Sequence record: KJ019146.1
Length of the DNA: 64,000 nt
Direction: 5' to 3' (one strand)
Part shown: positions 22,301 through 29,416 of the stretch, one piece after another
Numbering within the stretch: position 1 is the first letter of the stretch
Layout: every line of letters starts with the position of its first letter
Position numbers and translations under genes: made by a program
Notes under the pieces: model-generated
Database searches by the model: none
Told to the model about the DNA's origin: nothing
Seen by the model: the letters and a program-made list of their open reading frames with translations, nothing else

Positions 22301-23605
22301 ATACCCAATCATGGTATGGAAGCAGACAACAATGTGGTTAGTATCACAGATATCCAACCAGATACAATTGGTACCCCACTAACACAGAGAGTTGATGTTT
22401 CCTCTAGTAGTTTGACAATTCAGGACTCTTCCTCATTCTCCACCTTTGAGGGTATTACTACCAGTATTGGTTATGCTCTAGTTGGTGGTGAGATTATTGA
22501 ATACTCCAACAGTGGTAGTGGTACTATTGGTATTACTTCTAGAGGTGTAGATAATAGTATTATTTCTACTCATAGCGCTGGTGAGAGAGTATTCAAGTAT
22601 GAACTCAGTGGTGTATCACTAAGGCGTATCAATAGGGAACATTTGATTCCTAATGATAGTCTCTTAGGTAATACTAGAGAGATTAATAACTTACCCATAC
22701 AGATTAGTAGAAGTCCAAGAGTATCTGGTAGAGATCAATTGAGCTTCAATCAGGAACAGACCGCAGGTGGAGCATTTGGTAGATCCTCTCAAAACTATGA
22801 GTATACTAGAATCCTACCCAATCTAGCAGCCTTTGGTTTCGGTGATTCTACTAGTATTAGAACCGTAGCAAGAACCATATCAGGTACAAGTGCTGGTGGT
22901 TCTGAAGTATCTTTCCTAGATCAGGGAAGTATACCTGTGAATCTAAACACCTGGAACACTTTCCCCAGTGTGAGAATGGTTGCTTCTCAGGTCAATGAGA
23001 TTGAATATCTACAAGATCTTCCTAGACAGAAGTCGTTTACACTAGGGTTGACACTAACCAGTACAGATCCCAACCTCTCCCCAGTAGTTGATCTTCAACA
23101 GGTTAGTTTGATTACCTCTAGAAACTCCCTAAACAAACCAATCACCAACTACGCAGATGATTCAAGAGTTAACTTACTAGTAGGTGATCCTCACGCTTCT
23201 ATCTATGTTTCACAGGTGATCAACTTAGAAACACCAGCTACCTCACTTGAAGTCATCATTAGTGCTTATCGTGATGTATCAGCTGACTTCCGTGTTCTCT
23301 ATAGGTTGTATGGTCCCAACTCCAATAACTCCACAGAACCAACTTGGGAGTTATTCCCTGGTTATACCAATCTCCTAGATACAACTGGTGATGGTGTTGG
23401 TAATAGAATTATTGATCCTTCCAAGAACAATGGTTTACCAAATGCAAGAGTTAGGGATAGTAACATTGGTGAAGTTCTAGAGTATGGTTACCACGTAGAT
23501 GAGTTATCTGAGTTTTCTGGTTTCCAACTTAAGATTGTCTTTAGTGGAACCAATGAAGCAAGACCACCACTATTTACCGATATTAGAGCAATCGCTTTGG
23601 CTTAA
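16385..23605 (+). CDS. Large virion structural protein, VrlC-like / DUF4815 family (2406 aa)
   Basis: N-terminus PYFDDFD..KDYYKVLFKPGFPVQARELTTLQSILQNQ, RTYEESGDY, DPLAQTF and GSLFKSQNG..W motifs characteristic of this myovirus family. Confidence 0.8.
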   Translation: MSQINLDTSPYFDDFDPSKDYYKVLFKPGFPVQARELTTLQSILQNQVSNFGKHLFKEGSMVIPGSITYNAKYESIVINKQQGGIDVSLYASRLVGKTIQGKTSGVTAKVINFLLPPNNGVTSPTIFVSYINSGSDAATTVFDNNEELISTSDIVYGNTTITAGTTFASTISTLSTAVGSAAQIRDGIYFIRGFFAQVRESVVILEPFSNTPSYRVGLQITEQVITAGQDNSLYDNAKGFNNFSAPGADRLKISTKLIKKPLDDYNDTNFVELLRVDNGEVKKIAENSDYNIIKDYLAQRTYEESGDYTLFGMGIKVAESLSDNLGNGGVYQFDQKTEQGGTPTDDLAVVKVSAGKAYVRGYDINNPGTVNLDINKPRTTENVEASSVPFEMGSKFFINNVTGTPVIGLDVNDNIVELYNGRVDGAGSSTGDLIGESRVYSYSLEDAPYTGPSTPWNLYLYDTQIFTKLTLNVDATGNILTSYKVRGLSSNATGYVRSVSTTEVVLTQVSGEFIRNEAISVNGKISSSLSVSLVDSYRNNDVRSISQASSSLDPNIEVDFSADTLQYSAIPTGFTASDSVTITTGGVVTCPGRIFDAFRVGDVIGYQKAGSEVITYNQVLSLNATNTSITVDAVANVAGVCDGTLPSSETRSGIRLYNSRLLNQEISQLYATLEERNISSVDLASSSLTFAKQINNLSTDASGVLTVNVSDLDVSGAVFEAFDQERYSIHYSNGTTQSLSSSQVTITSSTAEFTNLLPSQTTNVTLNCTAIKTGIKSKTKVLLRSQLLEVTKASSGISTVAQGLGQNDYYGLRVDDEEISLNVSDVTNIVAVYESLDDGTPTFDVLGFVNGLELDTRVAVGEQIKGDVSGAIARVITVATPASVNIVYLTESTFEVGELVTFMESKIETNLQSITEGNYSNITNRFTLDKGQREQFYDYSRLVRNKNAKAPNKRILIIYDRFAVPVNDKGDFYTANSYSEEDFSKGVPMLAGGTLRASDTLDFRPRVAAFTSLNSSPFNYTSRDFGDNGNTVILVTKPSESMVLGYSYFVGRRDRIVLGSNGKFSVIEGTPSEFPTLPTIGDGVMELAQITYPPYLYYIEDVQIIEVDNRRYTMRDIGKLEDRIENLEEVTSLSLLERETESLQVLDEDGNDRFKSGFFADDFTNAEFIDNEYEDTNIDVEPATSSLVTRQIFSTIPLRAQLAESIDENTVDLSDNLPLVDTNLQKTGDIVTLSYVEVPWITQPLSSRTENVNPFNVILFNGSITLNPASDDFVITRQIPGNTQTIDVFGDGNSSNFDQTFVESVETAQWMRSRNIAFHGRGIKPFTQFYAFFDGTSGIDIIPKLIEITMTNGAFSVGERVVGTTGGRRIFAARVATPNHKEGTFNSPDRTFETNPYNRDAQLASSYSASSTVLNIDTNSLADITDSRFFGYITPGTRLVGESSGAIADVTEVKLIADTFAELYGAIWLRDPYASPTPSFRLATGVRTLKLTSSTTNAQSTLGGTTISFAESNFQSSGLVQNRQTDTTVVTVRPLPPPPPPIIIDQTVTIVNNNTTVIDNTVTQTIDNTQTIIREVEVDDDDPLAQTFMVDETGAFLTSIDLFMATKSETDNLIVQVRTTELATPTNLLIQDFAEVVLSPDQVNVSEDGTAVTKVTFPSPIYLESGITYAVVLLAPTTDEYTSFIAVMGEENLSGEIDPNLDLNATLPEGSTQSNSNLPGTAIISQQYLGGSLFKSQNGTIWTPTQFEDLKFTLNKAQFNQTPGTLFLNNPPLTETGILPPDPIETLPRKLKVSVSSNTYNFSEGDIISSVGSGATNTALVTGDLETLGGPLATLDVTDPGVGFIDGSYSSVTVYPITSSGSGAELNVTISGNVITAATVTTGGSGYRVGDTIGITTADVGAAGGDSVLTLDTIGDTDTLFLTNVQGEKMVITESIKVYDTVTESLRTTGVDITTESEVLNPMYNGSIFVANIPNHGMEADNNVVSITDIQPDTIGTPLTQRVDVSSSSLTIQDSSSFSTFEGITTSIGYALVGGEIIEYSNSGSGTIGITSRGVDNSIISTHSAGERVFKYELSGVSLRRINREHLIPNDSLLGNTREINNLPIQISRSPRVSGRDQLSFNQEQTAGGAFGRSSQNYEYTRILPNLAAFGFGDSTSIRTVARTISGTSAGGSEVSFLDQGSIPVNLNTWNTFPSVRMVASQVNEIEYLQDLPRQKSFTLGLTLTSTDPNLSPVVDLQQVSLITSRNSLNKPITNYADDSRVNLLVGDPHASIYVSQVINLETPATSLEVIISAYRDVSADFRVLYRLYGPNSNNSTEPTWELFPGYTNLLDTTGDGVGNRIIDPSKNNGLPNARVRDSNIGEVLEYGYHVDELSEFSGFQLKIVFSGTNEARPPLFTDIRAIALA

Positions 23606-23829
23606 TGGGAAAGAAAAGGGTACAGGGTTACAATAACCTTTATCGTAACGAATCCGGTGCTATCGTTAATACCGATACCACTGGTTATGTTGCATACAAA
23701 AAGAAAAGAGATTCCTCCAAACTGAAACAGGATCAAATTGAATCCTTAGGAACTCAGTTAGAGGAAGCAAAGAATGAGATCAATGAGCTCAAGGATCTGG
23801 TCAAACAGATGATTAATAAGAACGTCTAA
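23605..23829 (+). CDS. Small conserved hypothetical protein with C-terminal coiled coil
   Basis: 74 aa; V.G..NLYRNESGAIVNTD start and heptad-like tail; start overlaps the upstream stop. Confidence 0.7.
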   Translation: MGKKRVQGYNNLYRNESGAIVNTDTTGYVAYKKKRDSSKLKQDQIESLGTQLEEAKNEINELKDLVKQMINKNV

Positions 23830-23832
23830 ATA
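23826..23832 (+). promoter_or_regulatory. Late promoter variant CTAAATA
   Basis: TAAATA core about 25 nt upstream of the next gene; the same variant recurs at 27025, 29320 and 37013. Confidence 0.55.
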
Positions 23833-23856
23833 CTAGAGTAATACTAGCTAATTCTC

Positions 23857-24390
23857 ATGGCAAGTGCCTACGTATCAAATATAACTATTGATCAGGGTGC
23901 TGACTTTTCTGCTTATTTCACATTAGATGATGCTGGAACCTCGGTTCCTATCAATCTAACTAGATTTACTGCATATGGGCAACTTAGGAAACATCCTACT
24001 GCCCCTTTTGGTGTGCAGTTTGATATTAAGATCGCTAAGCCAAAAACTGGCGAGATTATTATCTCATTGAACTCAGCACAGACCTCCGCTTTAGATGAGG
24101 GTCGTTATGTATATGATGTATATCTCAGAAGCACCACGAACGCTAAAGTGTATCGTGTTGTGGAGGGAATGGCACTAGTTAACCCCGGTGTAACCGACAT
24201 GCAAACTGGAATTATCCCACCATCATACCCACCCGTCGCTATTGGACCAACTCCACCCGCAGATCCCATCGAAGGGAATCTCTGGTGGAACTCTGAAGAT
24301 GGGCGTATGTATATCTACTATATTGATAAAGACTCAGCACAGTGGGTACAGACCAATCCAAGTAGTAAAGACACAGAGAGGACTAACTGA
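23857..24390 (+). CDS. Virion accessory protein: N-terminal beta domain plus a tail-fibre-type repeat
   Basis: ITIDQGADF...GRYVYDV..RVVEG..LVNPGVT domain followed by P..GNLWWNSEDGRMYIYY.D..SAQWV module. Confidence 0.6.
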   Translation: MASAYVSNITIDQGADFSAYFTLDDAGTSVPINLTRFTAYGQLRKHPTAPFGVQFDIKIAKPKTGEIIISLNSAQTSALDEGRYVYDVYLRSTTNAKVYRVVEGMALVNPGVTDMQTGIIPPSYPPVAIGPTPPADPIEGNLWWNSEDGRMYIYYIDKDSAQWVQTNPSSKDTERTN

Positions 24391-24647
24391 TGGCAAACTT
24401 ACTCGATCAAATCGGTCAGAGAAATGTTGTTAGGGTAGTATCCCAAGGTGTCCCAGCAACATTATCTGGACTTTCAGATACAGACTTTAGTGGTATTGGT
24501 ACTGGAATGGTACCAGTATGGGATGGTGATGCTTTCACACCAATAGTAGGAGGTGCCAACCAAAGTGTCTCCAATATCATTCTAACGACAAACCCAGTCA
24601 CACACGCAACTGCATGGACTGATACTATTGATGGTGGATTCTTCTAA
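24390..24647 (+). CDS. Small putative structural protein with a fibre-like repeat
   Basis: 85 aa, coupled by overlaps on both sides; LSGLSDTDFSGIGTGMVPVWDG resembles fibre shaft repeats; ends IDGGFF. Confidence 0.55.
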   Translation: MANLLDQIGQRNVVRVVSQGVPATLSGLSDTDFSGIGTGMVPVWDGDAFTPIVGGANQSVSNIILTTNPVTHATAWTDTIDGGFF

Positions 24648-25540
24648 TGGCAAAACCCCACACACGACAAGAACTTGTCAATTATGGATTGAGGCAGTTG
24701 GGCGCTCCAGTTCTAGAGATTAATATTGCAGATGAGCAAATTGATGATCTACTAGACGATACTATCCAACACTTCCAAGAAAGGCACTACGATGGTGTTG
24801 TTAGAACATATCTAAAGTATGAACTAACAAAAGAAGATATTGCACGCGGTGGTGACATCAATCCAATGGTGAATCCAGGTATCACTACAGTAGGACCAGT
24901 AACATATCCAAACCCACCCAAACAAGTAGAAGACAGGTACATAGAGAACTCCAATTGGATTCATCTACCTGATTATGTTATCGGTGTTGAGAAGGTCTAT
25001 GTACCCCGAGAAGCGACTGGTGGTGTAGGTGGATATATAAACCTGATTGGTCCCGATGGGGGTCTTGGAGGAGGTTGTGGCGGTGGCGGACTCGGTGGTG
25101 GTGGTCTAGCCGGTATGGGTTATCTTGGTGGTGGAGATATAATTTCATATTTTATGGCTAAGCAATGGATGGCAACATATGACTATATGTTCAACCCAGA
25201 CGCTGCTATTCGGTTCAATAAGAGAATGGATCGTCTATATCTTGACATCAACTGGCGTCGCCTAACAGCAGGTGAGCTTATTGTTGTTGATTGCTACAGA
25301 GCACTTGATCCTGAACAATTTGTAGAAGTCTACAATGATAGTTGGGTGAAGAAGTGGTTTACTGCTCTATTGAAAAAGCAATGGGGTCAGAACCTAATGA
25401 AGTTCAAAGGAACTAGACTTGCTGGTGGCATTGAGATGAATGGTAGAGAAATCTACGATGAAGGTGTCAAAGAACTTGAGATCATTAAGAATGATATGTC
25501 TAGTCATTATGAACTTCCTCCATTGGATATGATTGGTTAA
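24647..25540 (+). CDS. gp13: Neck protein gp13
   Basis: ELVNYGLRQLGAPVLEINIADEQIDD and ALLKKQWGQNLMKF.G..L.GGI.MNG motifs. Confidence 0.95.
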   Translation: MAKPHTRQELVNYGLRQLGAPVLEINIADEQIDDLLDDTIQHFQERHYDGVVRTYLKYELTKEDIARGGDINPMVNPGITTVGPVTYPNPPKQVEDRYIENSNWIHLPDYVIGVEKVYVPREATGGVGGYINLIGPDGGLGGGCGGGGLGGGGLAGMGYLGGGDIISYFMAKQWMATYDYMFNPDAAIRFNKRMDRLYLDINWRRLTAGELIVVDCYRALDPEQFVEVYNDSWVKKWFTALLKKQWGQNLMKFKGTRLAGGIEMNGREIYDEGVKELEIIKNDMSSHYELPPLDMIG

Positions 25541-25545
25541 GTAAA

Positions 25546-27024
25546 ATGGTTGTTAATCCCTTTTTCCTACATGGTTCCACTCAGGAACAAAACCTGATGC
25601 AGAATCTGGTCAATGAACAGATTCAAATGTACGGGATCGATGTATATTACATCCCTCGTACATTTATTAGGGATGCGACCATCATGCGGGAGGTCACTTC
25701 CTCTGCATTTCGATCATACTTTGTTCTAGAAGCATACCTAGAGAACTTTGATGGATATGGTGGTCAAGGAGACCTCATGTCCAAGTTTGGTATTCAAGTC
25801 AAAGATGAAGTTACACTTACTATCTCTAGGGATAGGTATGAGAATTATATTGCCCCATTCCTGAACTCCAGGATGTTGTATTTGATGGACTCACCCCAAG
25901 ATGATGGGCAAATGATGACCATCCAGAGACCCAAGGAGGGGGATCTAATCTACTTCCCACTGGGTAGAAGACTATTTGAGATTAAGTTTGTAGAGCATGA
26001 GAAACCCTTCTATCAGTTAGGTAAGGGATATGTTTATGAACTTCAGTGCGAACTATTTGAGTATGAAGATGAAGTCCTCGATACAAGTGTCGATGAGATC
26101 GATAGTACTCTACTTAATAAGGGTTATATTACAACTATTAACCTTGTCCCCGTTAGTAACAGAGCTGTTGTTACACCCAAAACTGGCACTGGATACATCA
26201 CAGAACTAACTATCTTCAATGAGGGTAGTGGATATAAGTCACCACCCAGTATTGTTATTGATCCACCACAACTGGGAACAGATCCTAGTGTTGTTGCACT
26301 ACTCACTAGACCAGATTCTAGTACCCCTGAACCTGCCATCAAACAGGTTGTAGTATTTAATAGTGGTTCTGGATATGTGGAACCACCTAGTGTTATTGCA
26401 GTTGGTGGTGAAGGAGAGGGTTCTATTATTAGAGCAGGTATCAATAGCCTATCTGATGGTATTATTGATTTTGTTGTATCTGAGAAGGGTGCTGGTTATC
26501 CAGAAGATGTGGATATCATTGTATATGATGATGACAATAATATTGTGGCACAGGGTAAAGGGCTATCTGATGGTGATCAGATTGTATCTGCTATTATCAC
26601 AAACCCAGGAAAAGACCTACCATCCAGTGTGAGGGCTATTGTGGCAAAACCAGCAGATGAGGGTGATGGTGTCTTTGTCTACAATGAGATTGTAGTGGGA
26701 CAACAGTCCGGTATGAGAGCGAGAGTTCGTGGATGGGATCAACCCAATTACCAACTACATATCACTAACTTAGATCCCACTCAGAAGTCTATTAACTTCC
26801 AAGCAGGTGAGACTATTGTTGGTGAAACCAGTGGTGCCAAGTATTCTCTCAAGAACTTTGTGGATACACAATCCAAAGCAGACTTCTACTCCGATAACGA
26901 TAATATTGGAAATGAGGGTGAGGAGATTGTGAATACTGATGACGAATATAACCAGTTCTTTGATACTAATAGAAACTACTTTAACCCTGATTTCAGTAAC
27001 AACGATCCCTTCGGTGAACAGTAA
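25546..27024 (+). CDS. gp14: Neck protein gp14 with C-terminal repeat extension
   Basis: EQIQMYGIDVYYIPR, PKEGDLIYFPLG..LFEIKFVEHEKPFYQLGK.YVYEL.CELFEY; 492 aa, longer than core gp14. Confidence 0.93.
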   Translation: MVVNPFFLHGSTQEQNLMQNLVNEQIQMYGIDVYYIPRTFIRDATIMREVTSSAFRSYFVLEAYLENFDGYGGQGDLMSKFGIQVKDEVTLTISRDRYENYIAPFLNSRMLYLMDSPQDDGQMMTIQRPKEGDLIYFPLGRRLFEIKFVEHEKPFYQLGKGYVYELQCELFEYEDEVLDTSVDEIDSTLLNKGYITTINLVPVSNRAVVTPKTGTGYITELTIFNEGSGYKSPPSIVIDPPQLGTDPSVVALLTRPDSSTPEPAIKQVVVFNSGSGYVEPPSVIAVGGEGEGSIIRAGINSLSDGIIDFVVSEKGAGYPEDVDIIVYDDDNNIVAQGKGLSDGDQIVSAIITNPGKDLPSSVRAIVAKPADEGDGVFVYNEIVVGQQSGMRARVRGWDQPNYQLHITNLDPTQKSINFQAGETIVGETSGAKYSLKNFVDTQSKADFYSDNDNIGNEGEEIVNTDDEYNQFFDTNRNYFNPDFSNNDPFGEQ

Positions 27025-27031
27025 CTAAATA
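27025..27031 (+). promoter_or_regulatory. Late promoter variant CTAAATA
   Basis: Immediately after the gp14 stop, about 30 nt upstream of gp15. Confidence 0.55.
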
Positions 27032-27059
27032 ACTTATCTAGTTATTATCATTAATACCC

Positions 27060-27860
27060 GTGGGTGAATATTTTTATCATGAGATCATCAAGAGAACTGT
27101 TGTCGGTTTCGGCAATCTCTTCAATGGTCTTACTATCCAAAAGGTAGACAAGAAGCAAAACGTCATTAACGTGATGAAGGTGCCTCTTGCATATGGTCCT
27201 ACCCAGAAGTTTCTGGCAAAGATTACTCAGCAGGGTGAGTTAAACCAACCTACTGAGATTACTTTACCACGTATGTCTTTTGAGATGAACTCTCTTGCAT
27301 ATGACGGATCGCGGAAGACCGCACCCACTCAGATGTTTAAGACACTAGATAACGGGGAGACACTTAAAAAGGTTTATCTTCCAGTTCCATATAATATTGG
27401 TTTTGAACTTAATATTATGACCAAGTTGAATGAGGATGCTCTACAACTTGTCGAACAAATTCTTCCATATTTCCAACCTTCCTTTAATATTACTGTCGAT
27501 CTAGTTGATCAGATTGGTGAGAAGAGAGATATCCCTGTGGTACTCGACTCCATCAACTTCACTGACGACTATGAAGGAGACTTCACAGGTAGACGTATTC
27601 TAATCTATACTCTATCATTCACTGCCAAATCCTACATGTTTGGACCTGTCAGTGAATCTGGGGATGGTCTTATTCGTAAGGTTCAGGTTGATTATCATAC
27701 TTCAACCGAGAGGGATTCACCTCGTGAGGTTCGTTACACAGCCACACCAGACCCAGTTGATGCCGAACCCACTGATGACTTTGGGTTTAGTGAAGAAACT
27801 GTAGTATACTTTGATTCTAAAGTATACAGTCCAACTCAAGGTGAGGATTACACTCCATGA
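27060..27860 (+). CDS. gp15: Tail sheath stabilizer / tail terminator gp15
   Basis: YFYHEIIKRTVVGFGNLFN, KVPLAYGP.QKFLA, LPRMSFE, QILPYFQP motifs; GTG start. Confidence 0.95.
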   Translation: MGEYFYHEIIKRTVVGFGNLFNGLTIQKVDKKQNVINVMKVPLAYGPTQKFLAKITQQGELNQPTEITLPRMSFEMNSLAYDGSRKTAPTQMFKTLDNGETLKKVYLPVPYNIGFELNIMTKLNEDALQLVEQILPYFQPSFNITVDLVDQIGEKRDIPVVLDSINFTDDYEGDFTGRRILIYTLSFTAKSYMFGPVSESGDGLIRKVQVDYHTSTERDSPREVRYTATPDPVDAEPTDDFGFSEETVVYFDSKVYSPTQGEDYTP

Positions 27861-28282
27861 GCTTTGAATCAATAGATGATGCACTGGATATTGAATCCAG
27901 TATTGTGAAAAAAGAAGAAGAGGTGGAGGTTACTCCTACCAATTCTAAAGAGAAACCATCTACTCCCCAAACTGAACAAGATTACAACTATAGTAGGGGA
28001 CAACTCTATTCTCTCATTGAGAAGGGACAAGAGGCGGTTAACAACGCATTAGAACTCGCCAACGAAGGTTCTAGTGCTAGATCATATGAGGTTGTTGGTG
28101 GTCTTATTAAGAATGTCGCAGACGTTACTGATAAACTACTAGATCTCCAAAAGAAGGTTAAGGATCTGGATGAAATTTCAGTTACTAATAACCAAACCAA
28201 TGTAACCAACAATTCGGTATTCGTCGGATCAACTACTGAACTCCAGAAGATGTTGAAAGAAGGATTGTTGAATAACGATTAA
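27857..28282 (+). CDS. gp16: Terminase small subunit gp16
   Basis: DY.YSRGQLYSLIEKGQEA...RSYEV.G.LIKNVADVTDKLLDLQ and NN.VFVGST.ELQKML motifs. Confidence 0.93.
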   Translation: MSFESIDDALDIESSIVKKEEEVEVTPTNSKEKPSTPQTEQDYNYSRGQLYSLIEKGQEAVNNALELANEGSSARSYEVVGGLIKNVADVTDKLLDLQKKVKDLDEISVTNNQTNVTNNSVFVGSTTELQKMLKEGLLNND

Positions 28283-28287
28283 CTACT

Positions 28288-28701
28288 ATGGCTTACGAAG
28301 AAGAAAATCAGTGTAACTCTACACCTGAGGGTGAAGATTGCCCTAAGCACAAGAAGAAGTGCTGCAATTCTGAGGAAAAGAAACGCAAAAAGGGGATGTA
28401 CGGTCTCCAGGATGAGGATAGTGAAGGTGATGAGTCCTCACAAGAGAATGGTGGCATGCCTCAGGATAGTGCCAATGAGGAAAGGCAACTTAACCCAGAC
28501 ACTGACCTGAAGGACATGTCCAGTGATAGTAAGAAGAGGGCTATGGATTCTTTCCGTGAAAGAAGTTCTGAAGCTAAGAAAAGAAAATCAGATAAAGATA
28601 AGAAGGATGAATTGGCAACTGAACGCATGACAAAGGGCATAAGGTTCTTTGACAAACAGGGTTCAGGTTATATTAAAAAAGGTAAAAAGAGTTACGACTA
28701 A
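28288..28701 (+). CDS. Highly charged hypothetical protein with N-terminal Cys cluster
   Basis: 137 aa; C.....EG..CPKH.KKCC start, K/E/D-rich body; tight spacing to neighbours. Confidence 0.65.
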   Translation: MAYEEENQCNSTPEGEDCPKHKKKCCNSEEKKRKKGMYGLQDEDSEGDESSQENGGMPQDSANEERQLNPDTDLKDMSSDSKKRAMDSFRERSSEAKKRKSDKDKKDELATERMTKGIRFFDKQGSGYIKKGKKSYD

Positions 28702-28703
28702 CC

Positions 28704-29315
28704 ATGACACTAATTAACGAACATAATCTTGGAGCTTGGAAAGCTTTAAACCCCCAAGACAAAAGACTACAAGCATTAACACTCTCAGAACTATTGGAGA
28801 ATGCTGATCCAACTAGCGTAGATTTCAGTAGTATTACCTTTAAGGGGCGTACAGACGGTCTACTCGGAGATGGTCTCGATTGTGCTGAAAGTATTGGTTT
28901 TGTTGTATTTGATTGTGTATGTCTGTTCCTAGGGGCAGCAACACTAAGAGCTTCCGCCACTGCTGAGGTAGCCGAAGATATGGCTAAAGCTGCAGAACCT
29001 GTTGTTAACCAACTAACACAGTATATTAGAACCATTTCTGATTCAGCATCATCAACATATGATGTTGCTTATGCTGTGTTTAAGGTAATCTCTACCATCT
29101 ACAGTGGAGGTGCTTTAGGTGCTGTTTGTGGTGTGTTCTTCACGTCCCTAACTTGGTACAACGCTATTCTCTATGGAATGACTGCTGTTGGTACTATTAT
29201 GGCCGCTTTGGCAACTGATGGTGCTGCTGAAATTGGTATTATTGTTGTGGAAATAGCAACAGCTGGTTTCCTAATTTCCGACAGTGTTGCCTGCTCTAAA
29301 GCTTGCAACTACTGA
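28704..29315 (+). CDS. Hydrophobic Ala/Cys-rich helical protein, putative membrane-active
   Basis: 203 aa, six Cys, long amphipathic and hydrophobic helices; 2 nt after the upstream stop. Confidence 0.65.
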   Translation: MTLINEHNLGAWKALNPQDKRLQALTLSELLENADPTSVDFSSITFKGRTDGLLGDGLDCAESIGFVVFDCVCLFLGAATLRASATAEVAEDMAKAAEPVVNQLTQYIRTISDSASSTYDVAYAVFKVISTIYSGGALGAVCGVFFTSLTWYNAILYGMTAVGTIMAALATDGAAEIGIIVVEIATAGFLISDSVACSKACNY

Positions 29316-29319
29316 GTTG

Positions 29320-29326
29320 CTAAATA
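29320..29326 (+). promoter_or_regulatory. Late promoter variant CTAAATA
   Basis: Directly after the 203-aa ORF stop, upstream of the 549-aa ORF. Confidence 0.5.
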
Positions 29327-29416
29327 TATCTGAAAGGCAATCTAGTCGTGGGCGGTATTTTAATATCGTTAACAATTGTCCATTGAAGCCTTTCCCACAT
29401 TTACGGTTCAATAGAT

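Noticed and set aside
25019-25136. GGT/GGC repeats as a CRISPR or other DNA repeat array
   Set aside because: They are in-frame Gly codons with synonymous variation and no spacers.
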